Source of the DNA: Candidatus Omnitrophota bacterium | GTDB taxonomy: Bacteria; Omnitrophota; Gorgyraeia; Gygaellales; Profunditerraquicolaceae | DNA: 64,000 bases | Direction of reading: 5' to 3' | Assembly (NCBI GenBank): GCA_028712375.1 | Contig: JAQTQG010000001.1 | Location: 46,126 to 110,125, forward strand | Shown here: positions 19,728-28,148 of the stretch, one piece after another | How the letters are laid out: every line of letters starts with the position of its first letter | How positions within the stretch are numbered: the first letter of the stretch is position 1 | Position numbers and translations under genes: made by a program | Notes under the pieces: model-generated | The model's input: the letters and a program-made list of their open reading frames with translations, nothing else | Database searches by the model: none | What the model was told of the DNA's origin: nothing

Positions 19728-20534
19728 ATGAGAAGTAATAATTTTGTTGAGCGTTCCATCGCGGGGATGTTATTTTTTTTGAAGGATACGATTTTCTCCG
19801 AGGAGTGCGCTTTACGCAAAGGTTTCCTGCAATCATTAGATCCCCGGGTTAAAATAGCAAGTTTTTTCTTATTTATTCTACAGGCATTATTAAGCGGCAG
19901 TATCCGGCCGCTGTTGTTTCTTTATGCGTTTAGTTTGTGTTTAGTATTAATTTCCAGGATAAACCTGGGGCTGTTTCTCAGGCGCACCTGGATATTTATT
20001 CCGTTATTTTCTTTATTTATCGCTTTGCCGGCGGTATTTGGGCCCGGAGAGGCGTTGTTCTCTTGGCATATTCTAGGGATAGGGTTTGTAGCTACCCGTC
20101 AAGGATTAGGCGCGGCTGCGATTTTTGTTGCACGCGTAATTACCTGTGTATCCTTTGTGGTGCTTTTAAGTCTGACTACTAAGCACTTTGAACTACTTAA
20201 GGTTTTAAGAATTTTTAAGATTCCGCAGATTTTTATTACCATTTTAGGGATGTGTTACCGGTATATCTATCTTTTTATCGGAATAATACAGAATGCATAT
20301 TTAGCGATTAAAAGCCGTATAGGTGTCGGGGTAAAATACCGGCAAGGCCAGGATATCGTGGGCTGGCATATTGTTTCTTTGTGGGAGCGTTCCGTTGGGT
20401 TGAATGAAGAGGTGTATAAAGCAATGCTTTCGCGCGGCTATCAAGGCGAACCGGTGGTTTGGAATGATTTTAAAACCAGAGGCCGCGATTATTTTTGGCT
20501 GACTACGGTGGTGGCAATTATATGGATAATATAG
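19728..20534 (+). CDS. cbiQ: ECF transporter transmembrane (T) component CbiQ/NikQ
   Basis: 268 aa polytopic membrane protein with a C-terminal AMLSRGY motif typical of CbiQ/EcfT. Confidence 0.75.
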   Translation: MRSNNFVERSIAGMLFFLKDTIFSEECALRKGFLQSLDPRVKIASFFLFILQALLSGSIRPLLFLYAFSLCLVLISRINLGLFLRRTWIFIPLFSLFIALPAVFGPGEALFSWHILGIGFVATRQGLGAAAIFVARVITCVSFVVLLSLTTKHFELLKVLRIFKIPQIFITILGMCYRYIYLFIGIIQNAYLAIKSRIGVGVKYRQGQDIVGWHIVSLWERSVGLNEEVYKAMLSRGYQGEPVVWNDFKTRGRDYFWLTTVVAIIWII

Positions 20535-21343
20535 TTTTTGAATTAAAGGATGTTTATTTTTCATACCTGGGAAAATTTCCTGCTTTGTGCGGGTTGGATA
20601 TTAAAATTAACCGGGGCCAGAAGATAAGTATCATCGGAGCCAATGGTTCCGGTAAATCCACATTTTTGCAGATGCTTGACGGCCTAATTTTTGCGGATAA
20701 GGGCAGCGTCAGTTTTTACGGTCAGCAGTTAAATGAAAAGAAATTTAATGATTGTAAGTTTTCGCAGGATTTTCGAAGCAAAGTTGGATTTATTTTCCAG
20801 AATTCTGATGTGCAGTTATTTTGCCCGACGGTTAAAGAGGATATTGTTTTTGGCCCGCTGCAATTGGGGGTGGAAAAAGACCAAATTAAAAAACGCCTGG
20901 AAAAACTTTGCGCCGCTTTAAAGATTGAAGAGTTGCTTGAGCGGCCTGTGTACCAACTAAGTATCGGGGAAAAACGTAAAGTAGCGATCGCTTCTACTTT
21001 GATTATCGACCCTCAGATACTTATTTTGGATGAGCCGACTGCCGGCCTGGATCCTTTAACTACCAGAAATATTGTTGATTTGTTGATTGAAGAAAATAAC
21101 GCGGGTAAAACAATTATTACTGCCACGCATGATTTGCATATCGTGGATGAGGTTTCGGATATCGTATATGTTTTCGGCCAACAAAGATCGGTTGTTAAAT
21201 CCGGGACAGCGGCGGATATTTTAAATGATTTGGCACTGCTTCAAGAAAATAACCTGGTGCACATTCATAGCCATCGGCATAAAGGCCGGGTACACATTCA
21301 TCCGCATTTGCATTCCGGGCATTATGTTGACGATCACCAATAA
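20522..21343 (+). CDS. cbiO: ECF transporter ATPase (CbiO/NikO) with a His-rich C-terminal tail
   Basis: Walker A GANGSGKST, signature LSIGEKRK, Walker B LILDEPT; tail HIHSHRHKGRVHIHPHLHSGHYVDDHQ; an alternative upstream start at 20495 is possible. Confidence 0.8.
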   Translation: MDNIVFELKDVYFSYLGKFPALCGLDIKINRGQKISIIGANGSGKSTFLQMLDGLIFADKGSVSFYGQQLNEKKFNDCKFSQDFRSKVGFIFQNSDVQLFCPTVKEDIVFGPLQLGVEKDQIKKRLEKLCAALKIEELLERPVYQLSIGEKRKVAIASTLIIDPQILILDEPTAGLDPLTTRNIVDLLIEENNAGKTIITATHDLHIVDEVSDIVYVFGQQRSVVKSGTAADILNDLALLQENNLVHIHSHRHKGRVHIHPHLHSGHYVDDHQ

Positions 21344-21359
21344 AAATAAAGGGTAAGCC

Positions 21360-21683
21360 ATGTTAAAAGAAAAAGTGTTTTGTAAGCAGCTTAAGGGCAG
21401 GCAAAGATTTTTACGTTTGATAGGTGATTCTAAAAAGCTAAAAGGTTTGCGCAGCGGTTATGTGATTTTAAAGCCCAAAGAATCTGTCGGTGAACATAAT
21501 ACCGGTTCTTGCGAAGAAGTTATTTCTGTAATCAACGGTTCAGGATTGGTTGCTTACGGTAAAAAATCCAGCATCAAAATTAAAAAAGGATTATTCATTT
21601 ATATCCCGCCTGCAATGCCGCATAATGTTATTAATACCGGGAAAGTTCCCTTGAAATATATCTATACTGCCGCCCGAGTTTAA
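21360..21683 (+). CDS. small cupin-fold protein, possibly metal-binding
   Basis: 107 aa; cupin motif 2-like segment PAMPHNVIN and a beta-rich composition; function unknown. Confidence 0.45.
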   Translation: MLKEKVFCKQLKGRQRFLRLIGDSKKLKGLRSGYVILKPKESVGEHNTGSCEEVISVINGSGLVAYGKKSSIKIKKGLFIYIPPAMPHNVINTGKVPLKYIYTAARV

Positions 21684-21757
21684 AAAAATAGTGAATCTTT
21701 AGTACTTAAGTTTAGGCATAAATGAGGATTTTCCAAGTTTTGGTTTGACTTTTCCGC

Positions 21758-21786
21758 TTGACAATAGTTACCTAAGATGTTAGAAT
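21758..21786 (+). promoter_or_regulatory. putative sigma70 promoter for the major pilin gene
   Basis: TTGACA (21758-21763), 17-nt spacer, TAGAAT (21781-21786); about 150 nt upstream of the pilin ATG. Confidence 0.45.
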
Positions 21787-21935
21787 TATTATGGATATAT
21801 AAGGTGTTCTTTTGGTGTGAGCTTGAAAGTTGGCTTCTTATTAGAATAAGTCATAATTATTGGATACCGAAAATAAGAGTTAGCTTTAAGTAAGCGCAAA
21901 AAGACAATCTAACCTTAGGAAGGGGGTTATTATTA

Positions 21936-22352
21936 ATGAATAGAAAAGGTTTTACCCTCGTTGAAATCATGATCGTTGTAGCCATTATTGCTCTTCTGGC
22001 TGCTATTGCTATACCGAACTTGTTAAGCGCCAAGAGAACGGCTAATACCGCAGCGGCTAAAGCCAATATTCGTGCGTTATCTACCGCAGCAGAAGTTTAT
22101 GCTACCGGCCATAACGGCGCCTATCCGGCAGATGCTACCGCAATTGCTCCGTATATAGCACCAGCTACAGTTTTGTGTGCTAGTACCGCGGCTGCTCCTG
22201 TACAAGGTTATGTGTATGATTGTACTGGTTTATCCGCTACCGGTTACACTTTGACTGCTACTCCTGCAAGTGCGACAGCCGGGGATACAACTTTCTCTGT
22301 AACTACCGGAGGGGTAATTACAGAAACAGCTTACGTAGCGCCAACACCGTAA
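21936..22352 (+). CDS. type IV pilin (major pilin candidate)
   Basis: class III signal MNRKG|FTLVEIMIVVAIIALLAAIAIP with Gly-1 and Glu+5; 138 aa; Thr/Ala/Ser-rich C-terminal third; followed by a strong terminator. Confidence 0.85.
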   Translation: MNRKGFTLVEIMIVVAIIALLAAIAIPNLLSAKRTANTAAAKANIRALSTAAEVYATGHNGAYPADATAIAPYIAPATVLCASTAAAPVQGYVYDCTGLSATGYTLTATPASATAGDTTFSVTTGGVITETAYVAPTP

Positions 22353-22376
22353 TAAGTAAGCCTGTTAAAAATAAAT

Positions 22377-22410
22377 GGGGAAGAGGAGAAATTCTCTTCC
22401 CCATTTTTTG
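22377..22410 (+). terminator. rho-independent terminator after the pilin gene
   Basis: ggggaagagg...ctcttcccc stem followed by attttttg. Confidence 0.7.
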
Positions 22411-22610
22411 TGTTTCTGCGCAAGCCTCCGATATTTTACCGGCTGCCTTTCATCTCAAATACGCAGCGTATTTAGCCCTATTTTATCCCCCGGCTATCAT
22501 AAGAATAACTATTTAGACAGATCCTAATCAGTTGATATTCATAGGCTTACTTTATTGGTTTATTAACAAAAAATGATTGCCAATCTTAAACTTTATGTTA
22601 AGATAAAATA

Positions 22611-23054
22611 ATGAAAAATAGAAGATCCGGGTTTACTTTAATTGAAATAATGATTGTTGTTTTTATTATTTCGCTTCTATTATCATTGGTGGCTCTGGAG
22701 GCTATTAAATTAAGAAGAATGGCTAATGAGATGAATGCTCAGGCCAATCTCAAAGCTATCGCGACGAGTTTTGAGGTGTACGCTGCCAGCCATACCGGCG
22801 TATATGCGCAAGCCTCTGAAGACAATATGCAGTTTTTAGTTGACGCTAAATTTGCTACGCAGGATTTCATTGCTTTGGGCCAGATTGGTAATTTTCGCTA
22901 TATGCTTGGTTCTATCGAGCCTGCCGGTTATGATATCCGGGCAATGGCAGTGAATCCGGTGCTTGCCGAACATAATTATCAGATTGTGACGGGAGCCAAG
23001 ATATTGCGTAGCGATACTTCAGTATCCAGCGATACTGATTTCAGGAGTTTTTAA
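22611..23054 (+). CDS. type IV pilin paralog
   Basis: MKNRRSG|FTLIEIMIVV prepilin leader; shares the internal motif AxANLKAI...EVYA..H.G.Y with the first pilin. Confidence 0.7.
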   Translation: MKNRRSGFTLIEIMIVVFIISLLLSLVALEAIKLRRMANEMNAQANLKAIATSFEVYAASHTGVYAQASEDNMQFLVDAKFATQDFIALGQIGNFRYMLGSIEPAGYDIRAMAVNPVLAEHNYQIVTGAKILRSDTSVSSDTDFRSF

Positions 23055-23056
23055 AT

Positions 23057-23470
23057 ATGTTTAATAACCGGGCTAAAAGTTTTGTCACAATTATGGTGGT
23101 GGTAGCCTTAAGCGCATTGTTGTTGCGTATGGCTGTGCATCGGATAATTATCTATAAGATTCAGCAAAACCAGCTGTTGGCTCAAGTGAATCTTAAACTT
23201 TTTTCTACAGCTATGGAGAATTATGCGCAAAATAATAAGAATGTTTATCCGGCCAGCGTGGATTTATTGATTAAGCATGACCCGCCTTACCTGGAGAGGG
23301 ATTATTTGGCGGCAACTTCTGTGCGCGGATATGAATATGATTGCCAGCGCTTGGACCCTGCGGGTTACAACTGTACCGCTTCGCCGGTAAACTGTCAGCT
23401 TACCGGGAAAACGGTATATACGGTATCTACCGGTGGTTTAATTTTAGCAGAAAATTGTGATCAGAAATAA
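23057..23470 (+). CDS. atypical pilin-like protein lacking the Gly-1/Glu+5 consensus; Cys-rich C-terminal domain
   Basis: N-terminus MFNNRAKSFVTIMVVVAL; C-terminal GYEYDCQRLDPAGYNCTASPVNC...TVYTVSTGGLI is paralogous to the first pilin (GYVYDCTGLSATGYTLTATPAS...TFSVTTGGVI). Confidence 0.5.
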   Translation: MFNNRAKSFVTIMVVVALSALLLRMAVHRIIIYKIQQNQLLAQVNLKLFSTAMENYAQNNKNVYPASVDLLIKHDPPYLERDYLAATSVRGYEYDCQRLDPAGYNCTASPVNCQLTGKTVYTVSTGGLILAENCDQK

Positions 23471-23486
23471 TCGGGATTATTAATTA

Positions 23487-24581
23487 ATGAAGAATATTTT
23501 TAATAAAATGAAGGTATCCGGAACAAAGGAAAGATTCAGCTTTGGGCTGGATATCGGCACGCAATCCATTAAATGCGTAAAGTTGAAGATTAATGGCAGC
23601 AATATCGAGTTGGTATCTTTTGGCCTGCAGGAAAGCCAATTGGATCCCACGGAGATTTTAAAAAAAATCAGGCATGATCAGGGGGCGGATTTAGTAAACA
23701 TTTCTTTTTGCGGCGCTTCGACGGTTATTCGTTATGTAAATTTTCTACGTATGAATAAGGTCGAATTAAAGGGCGCGCTTAAATTCGAAGCCCAGAAACA
23801 TATTCCTTTTTCGGTGGAGGAGGTTAATCTGGACGCGGAAATTCTTAAAGATGACCTGCCGGAAAACAAAATGCTGGTTTTGATTGCCGCTATCAAGAAA
23901 GAGCTGGTTTTGCAAAGGATCAAGATTTTAGAGAACGCCGGTTTAAGGGCTAATCTTATTGACATTGATTCGCTGGCTTTAGTTAATGCTTTTAGTTTTA
24001 ATTACCCTAAAATAGAGTTGCCGGATAGTGGCAGCGCTGTTTCCGGCAGCCAAAACCAAAAAACAGACGGGGTTGGCCTGGCTCCCGGCAGCCAGAATCA
24101 TAAGTCAGTTTGCCTTTTAAACATCGGTTCAGCGATTACTAATGTAAATATTTTGGATAATGGATTGGTGCGCTTAAGCCGGGATATTCATTCAGGAGGG
24201 GCAAGCTTTACTAAAAAAATAATGGATGTTTTTGATGTGGATTTTAAAACCGCGGAAGATTTAAAAATTAATCCCACCGCGGATAAAACGGATAAGGCCC
24301 GGGTTTGTATAGAAAACGTGCTCACAAGCTTAGCATCAGAGATACGCACCTCATTTGATTATTACGAAAGCCAGAATACTTCCAGTGTAGTTAAAATATT
24401 TTTAAGCGGCGGATCCAGCAAGATAAGCGGATTAAAAGAAATGTTGAGTGCCTGTTTAGGGTTACCGGTGGAAACTTGGGATCCTTTTAAGCAAATCATA
24501 ATCCCGGAAACCATAGATAAGCAGAAGTTGGATAAGCTTCACGGGGAGCTTAATGTTGCGGTCGGGCTGGCGCTAAGATAA
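23487..24581 (+). CDS. pilM: type IV pilus assembly protein PilM (actin-like ATPase fold)
   Basis: FGLDIGTQSIKCVKL N-terminal actin-fold motif; 364 aa; contains a Gly/Ser-rich low-complexity insert. Confidence 0.8.
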   Translation: MKNIFNKMKVSGTKERFSFGLDIGTQSIKCVKLKINGSNIELVSFGLQESQLDPTEILKKIRHDQGADLVNISFCGASTVIRYVNFLRMNKVELKGALKFEAQKHIPFSVEEVNLDAEILKDDLPENKMLVLIAAIKKELVLQRIKILENAGLRANLIDIDSLALVNAFSFNYPKIELPDSGSAVSGSQNQKTDGVGLAPGSQNHKSVCLLNIGSAITNVNILDNGLVRLSRDIHSGGASFTKKIMDVFDVDFKTAEDLKINPTADKTDKARVCIENVLTSLASEIRTSFDYYESQNTSSVVKIFLSGGSSKISGLKEMLSACLGLPVETWDPFKQIIIPETIDKQKLDKLHGELNVAVGLALR

Positions 24582-24583
24582 AT

Positions 24584-25189
24584 ATGATCGAGATAAATTT
24601 ATTACCGGAAGAATTAAAAGTCAGAGTTAAGGGGCGTTCTTCGGATCAAACGGCTGCGAATACTTCGTTGGCGTTGATGCGAGACCGGGTATTTATTTAT
24701 GCTATTCCGGTTATGCTGGCGGTGTTTATCTTAGCGCATTTTTATTATGCCGTTCTTTTGATATCTAAAAACGGGCAGTTGGTTTCTTTAAACCGGAAAT
24801 GGCTGGATTTAGCAGCGCAAAAAAAACAGCTGGATGAATTCAATCGGGAGTTCTCTTCGGTTTCCCAGGATGCCGGTCTTATGCAGCAGTTAAACCGCCA
24901 AAGAGTTCTTTGGGCGCAGAAATTGAATATTTTAAGTCTTTCTCTGCCCGGCGGAGTTTGGTTTAATGATATTGTATTTAATGCCGGCAGCCTTACCATT
25001 AAGGGGTCGGTTGTTTCATTGAAAAAGGAAGAAGTTGGTTTAATTAATGAATTATTAAATAGGCTGAAGACGGATCCCGGGTTTTCTAAAGATTTTTCAA
25101 ATTTTGAATTAAGCAGCGTACAAAAAAGAAGCTTTGGCGGTTATGATATTGCAGATTTTGTGCTGGTTGGAGTAATGAGGTCTAAATGA
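24584..25189 (+). CDS. pilN: type IV pilus assembly protein PilN
   Basis: starts MIEINLLPEE (PilN hallmark INLLP); single TM helix followed by a coiled coil. Confidence 0.7.
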   Translation: MIEINLLPEELKVRVKGRSSDQTAANTSLALMRDRVFIYAIPVMLAVFILAHFYYAVLLISKNGQLVSLNRKWLDLAAQKKQLDEFNREFSSVSQDAGLMQQLNRQRVLWAQKLNILSLSLPGGVWFNDIVFNAGSLTIKGSVVSLKKEEVGLINELLNRLKTDPGFSKDFSNFELSSVQKRSFGGYDIADFVLVGVMRSK

Positions 25190-25752
25190 ATCTGATGAAT
25201 ATGCAATTGGATAAACAAAAGAAAATATTAATTGCGGTATTCTTTGCTTTAATAGTTTATGTGGACAGCAGCTTTATTTTGAAAGCGCAGAGAGGGGCTT
25301 TAAAGAGTTTGGATCCCAAAATTACCAGGCTAAAAACAGATCTGGCGAATTTAGACCGCGGCCTGGAAAATATGCGTTTATCGAAAAGTAAACCGGAGTT
25401 GATGGCGCAGAAGAAAACTTCTAAGTCTTTGGGCCTTCTTCCTGAGAGCCGTCTTGCGGAGCTTCTGCAGGAAATTTCTACTACGGCGAATAAATTTAAT
25501 ATTACGATTGTTCAGATGCGTCCTGACCGCCAGGCCCAAAAAGAAAAAACACTTGTTGGCCAGGATAGGCTTGTGCCTATGTTGATTAATTTGGATTTGG
25601 TTGCCGATTATCATGATTTAGGAAGATTTATCCAGGCTCTGGAAGATTCGTTAGTTTTTATGAGTGTGCAGGAGCTGGAGATTTCAACGCAGCTGCCGGA
25701 TTATATGAAGCAAAAGATTACCCTGGTTTTAAAAACTTATGTTACTAAATAA
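25186..25752 (+). CDS. pilO: type IV pilus assembly protein PilO
   Basis: 188 aa, N-terminal TM helix, coiled coil; DLGRFIQALED resembles the conserved PilO C-terminal motif. Confidence 0.6.
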   Translation: MNLMNMQLDKQKKILIAVFFALIVYVDSSFILKAQRGALKSLDPKITRLKTDLANLDRGLENMRLSKSKPELMAQKKTSKSLGLLPESRLAELLQEISTTANKFNITIVQMRPDRQAQKEKTLVGQDRLVPMLINLDLVADYHDLGRFIQALEDSLVFMSVQELEISTQLPDYMKQKITLVLKTYVTK

Positions 25753-26104
25753 AAAACTTCTAATTTTAATATTTTGTTTAGGGATAAACCTGCCTTTGGT
25801 TTTTGGGCAGGAAGGATTTGTTTATAATGCAAAAGGTAAACGCAACCCCTTTATTCCATTGGTAACTCCCGAGGGAAGGCTGCTGAAATTAGATAAACGG
25901 GAAAATACTGCGCCGCAGGGATTAGCTATCGAAGGGATTATTTTTGATAAATTCGGGCGTTCTTTTGCTATCGTAAATGCGGAAGTGGTGGGGATCGGGG
26001 ATATGGTGGGAGATTTTCAGGTTTTAAAAATCCTTGAGAATAAGGTAATTTTTATCAGAAGCGGAGAACTTTTAGAAGTGGAGTTGAATAAGGAGGAGTC
26101 ATAA
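25739..26104 (+). CDS. PilP-like pilus assembly lipoprotein
   Basis: 121 aa, signal peptide, small beta domain; positioned between pilO and pilQ. Confidence 0.5.
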   Translation: MLLNKKLLILIFCLGINLPLVFGQEGFVYNAKGKRNPFIPLVTPEGRLLKLDKRENTAPQGLAIEGIIFDKFGRSFAIVNAEVVGIGDMVGDFQVLKILENKVIFIRSGELLEVELNKEES

Positions 26105-27802
26105 GTGAAAAAAATATTATTAATATTAGTTTTTTCTTTTACTTTTTTCATTTTTGCATTTGCCGCTGGCCAACCCTCCGGCGCGACTGGTGAAGTTAAG
26201 GAAGAAGTTCAGCCGGTGCAGTCCGGGATTTCTTTGGAAGCTAAAGAACCGGCAGCTGCGCAAGCACCCGTCCTAACCTCTTCCGGAAATGTAACTTTTG
26301 ATTTTAAAGATGCAGATATTAACAATGTGCTTAAAATCATCTCTTATAAATCAGGAATAAATATCGTAACTACTCCGGATGTAATCGGTAATATTTCTGT
26401 GCGCCTTAGCGATGTCCCCTGGGAGATAGCGATGGATGTTATTTTAAAGACCTACGGTTTCGGTTACCAGCGGCAGGGTAATGTTATTTTGGTTACTAAA
26501 ATGGAAAATGTAGCCAAAATCGCCGCCGAAGAACCACTGCAGGTAGAAATCATTACTTTAAAATATTTAGATGCCCAGGATGCTCAAAAAATTATTATTC
26601 CTCTGCTTTCTCCGCGCGGCAAGATTTCGGTTTTATATACCCGTGGGCAAAAAGGCTGGCAGTTTGGGACTTTTAAAATCGGCAGGGAATCTGCCGCTAA
26701 CCTGGCCCTGGTAAAAGAAGCTGCTGGCGCAATCAAGGCCGAGACGGTTTCTTATGAAAAGAATATTAGCGGGGAAACAATAATGAAAAAAGCGGAGTTT
26801 GACCCGGCGATAAAGTCCAAAATGCTGATCATTACTGATACGGCCAGTACTTTGGATAAAATCCGTAATGTAATTTTGCCCAAGCTTGATGTTAAACCTA
26901 AACAAGTGTTGGTAGAAACAAAGTTTATGGAAGTTAATACCACTAAATTGAAAGACCTGGGTCTTGATTGGGGTTTAGGCAGTACGACTAACGCAGAGTC
27001 AATAGCGATTGCCACACAAACTAATGGCGGACAGGCTATCGGAGGGCATGTTTTGGGTACGGCTTCCGGGGCTCTTTTGACTTCTTCTAACCCCTACACT
27101 TCCGGCGGAGAATTTGTATTCCAGAAATTAACCGGCACTAAATTTGAAGCAATTATCCATGCTTTAGAAAATGATACTGATACTAACACGCTTTCTGCTC
27201 CCAGTATACTCACCCTTGATAATCAAGAGGCATCGATGTTGGTGGGTTATCATACTCCGATACTTCAGTCTACGGTTACTGCCGGTACTAACGGAACTGA
27301 TGCTACAGTTACCCAGACACTGGATTATTATCAAGAGATAGGTATCCGGTTGAATGTTGTTCCTCAGATAAGCGAAGAGGGTTATGTGAATATGATTATT
27401 CATCCCAGTATCACTTCTTCCAGCGATAGCGTTCCGGCTACTTCTACTGCCGGCGGAGAGGTTACGGAAACAGATTATCCGATTATTGATGTGCGTGAAG
27501 CGCAGACCCAGGTCCTTTTAAAAGACGGGGAAACTATTGTGATTGGCGGCTTGCTAAAAGACGTTAAAACTAAAACAAAGGTCGGAATTCCCTATTTGGT
27601 TAATCTGCCCTGGATAGGAAAATTTTTCGGCCGGGATAGAGATAATGTTGAGAAGGTTGATCTGTTAATTTTTATCACCGCTAGGATTATTAAAGAGGAA
27701 GAATATACTCCTGAAGAGCTGGCCCGGTTGGAAAAAAGATTCGGGCGTATGGCAGTTGTTGAAGTTAAGAAAGAGTCTTTGAATATAAAGAAAAAGAAGT
27801 AA
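26105..27802 (+). CDS. pilQ: type IV pilus secretin PilQ
   Basis: signal peptide, secretin N-domains, C-terminal secretin motif VLLKDGETIVIGGL...GIPYLVNLPWIGKFF. Confidence 0.85.
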   Translation: MKKILLILVFSFTFFIFAFAAGQPSGATGEVKEEVQPVQSGISLEAKEPAAAQAPVLTSSGNVTFDFKDADINNVLKIISYKSGINIVTTPDVIGNISVRLSDVPWEIAMDVILKTYGFGYQRQGNVILVTKMENVAKIAAEEPLQVEIITLKYLDAQDAQKIIIPLLSPRGKISVLYTRGQKGWQFGTFKIGRESAANLALVKEAAGAIKAETVSYEKNISGETIMKKAEFDPAIKSKMLIITDTASTLDKIRNVILPKLDVKPKQVLVETKFMEVNTTKLKDLGLDWGLGSTTNAESIAIATQTNGGQAIGGHVLGTASGALLTSSNPYTSGGEFVFQKLTGTKFEAIIHALENDTDTNTLSAPSILTLDNQEASMLVGYHTPILQSTVTAGTNGTDATVTQTLDYYQEIGIRLNVVPQISEEGYVNMIIHPSITSSSDSVPATSTAGGEVTETDYPIIDVREAQTQVLLKDGETIVIGGLLKDVKTKTKVGIPYLVNLPWIGKFFGRDRDNVEKVDLLIFITARIIKEEEYTPEELARLEKRFGRMAVVEVKKESLNIKKKK

Positions 27803-27842
27803 TTAAATCTGGGGACAGAATTAGGGAACGTTTATAGTTATA

Positions 27843-28148
27843 ATGTACAGAGTAAGTTTTAATTTTTCTAAACAAGGGCTGATGCGTTATATTTCGCATT
27901 TAGACCTGATGCGCCTATTTATGCGCGCTATGCGCCGGGCAGAACTGCCTCTAAAAATGACCGAGGGGTTTAGCCCACATCCTAAATTAAGCTTTAAAAG
28001 AGCTTTAAAGCTGGGGGTAGAAAGTCAACAGGAAGAAGCTTCTATTGTTTTAAAGTTTCCGGTTACTCCTGAAGATTTTAAAGATAGGCTGCAGAAACAA
28101 TTACCAGAAGGGATAGAAATAAAAGATGTCCAAGGAAATTTTAATTAA
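27843..28148 (+). CDS. DUF2344-like 'radical SAM-linked' protein, apparently short
   Basis: FSKQGLMRYISHLDLMRLFMRAMRRAELPL recalls the conserved core of the DUF2344/TIGR03936 family commonly encoded next to rng; only 101 aa. Confidence 0.4.
   Translation: MYRVSFNFSKQGLMRYISHLDLMRLFMRAMRRAELPLKMTEGFSPHPKLSFKRALKLGVESQQEEASIVLKFPVTPEDFKDRLQKQLPEGIEIKDVQGNFN

Noticed and set aside
21684-21935. sigma54 (-24/-12) promoter upstream of the pilin gene
   Set aside because: No TGGCAC-N5-TTGCA match; only a sigma70-like TTGACA-17-TAGAAT element found.
22220-22516. 98-aa + strand ORF overlapping the 3' end of the major pilin
   Set aside because: It is an alternate frame of the pilin gene running through the terminator; the pilin reading frame has the canonical prepilin N-terminus.
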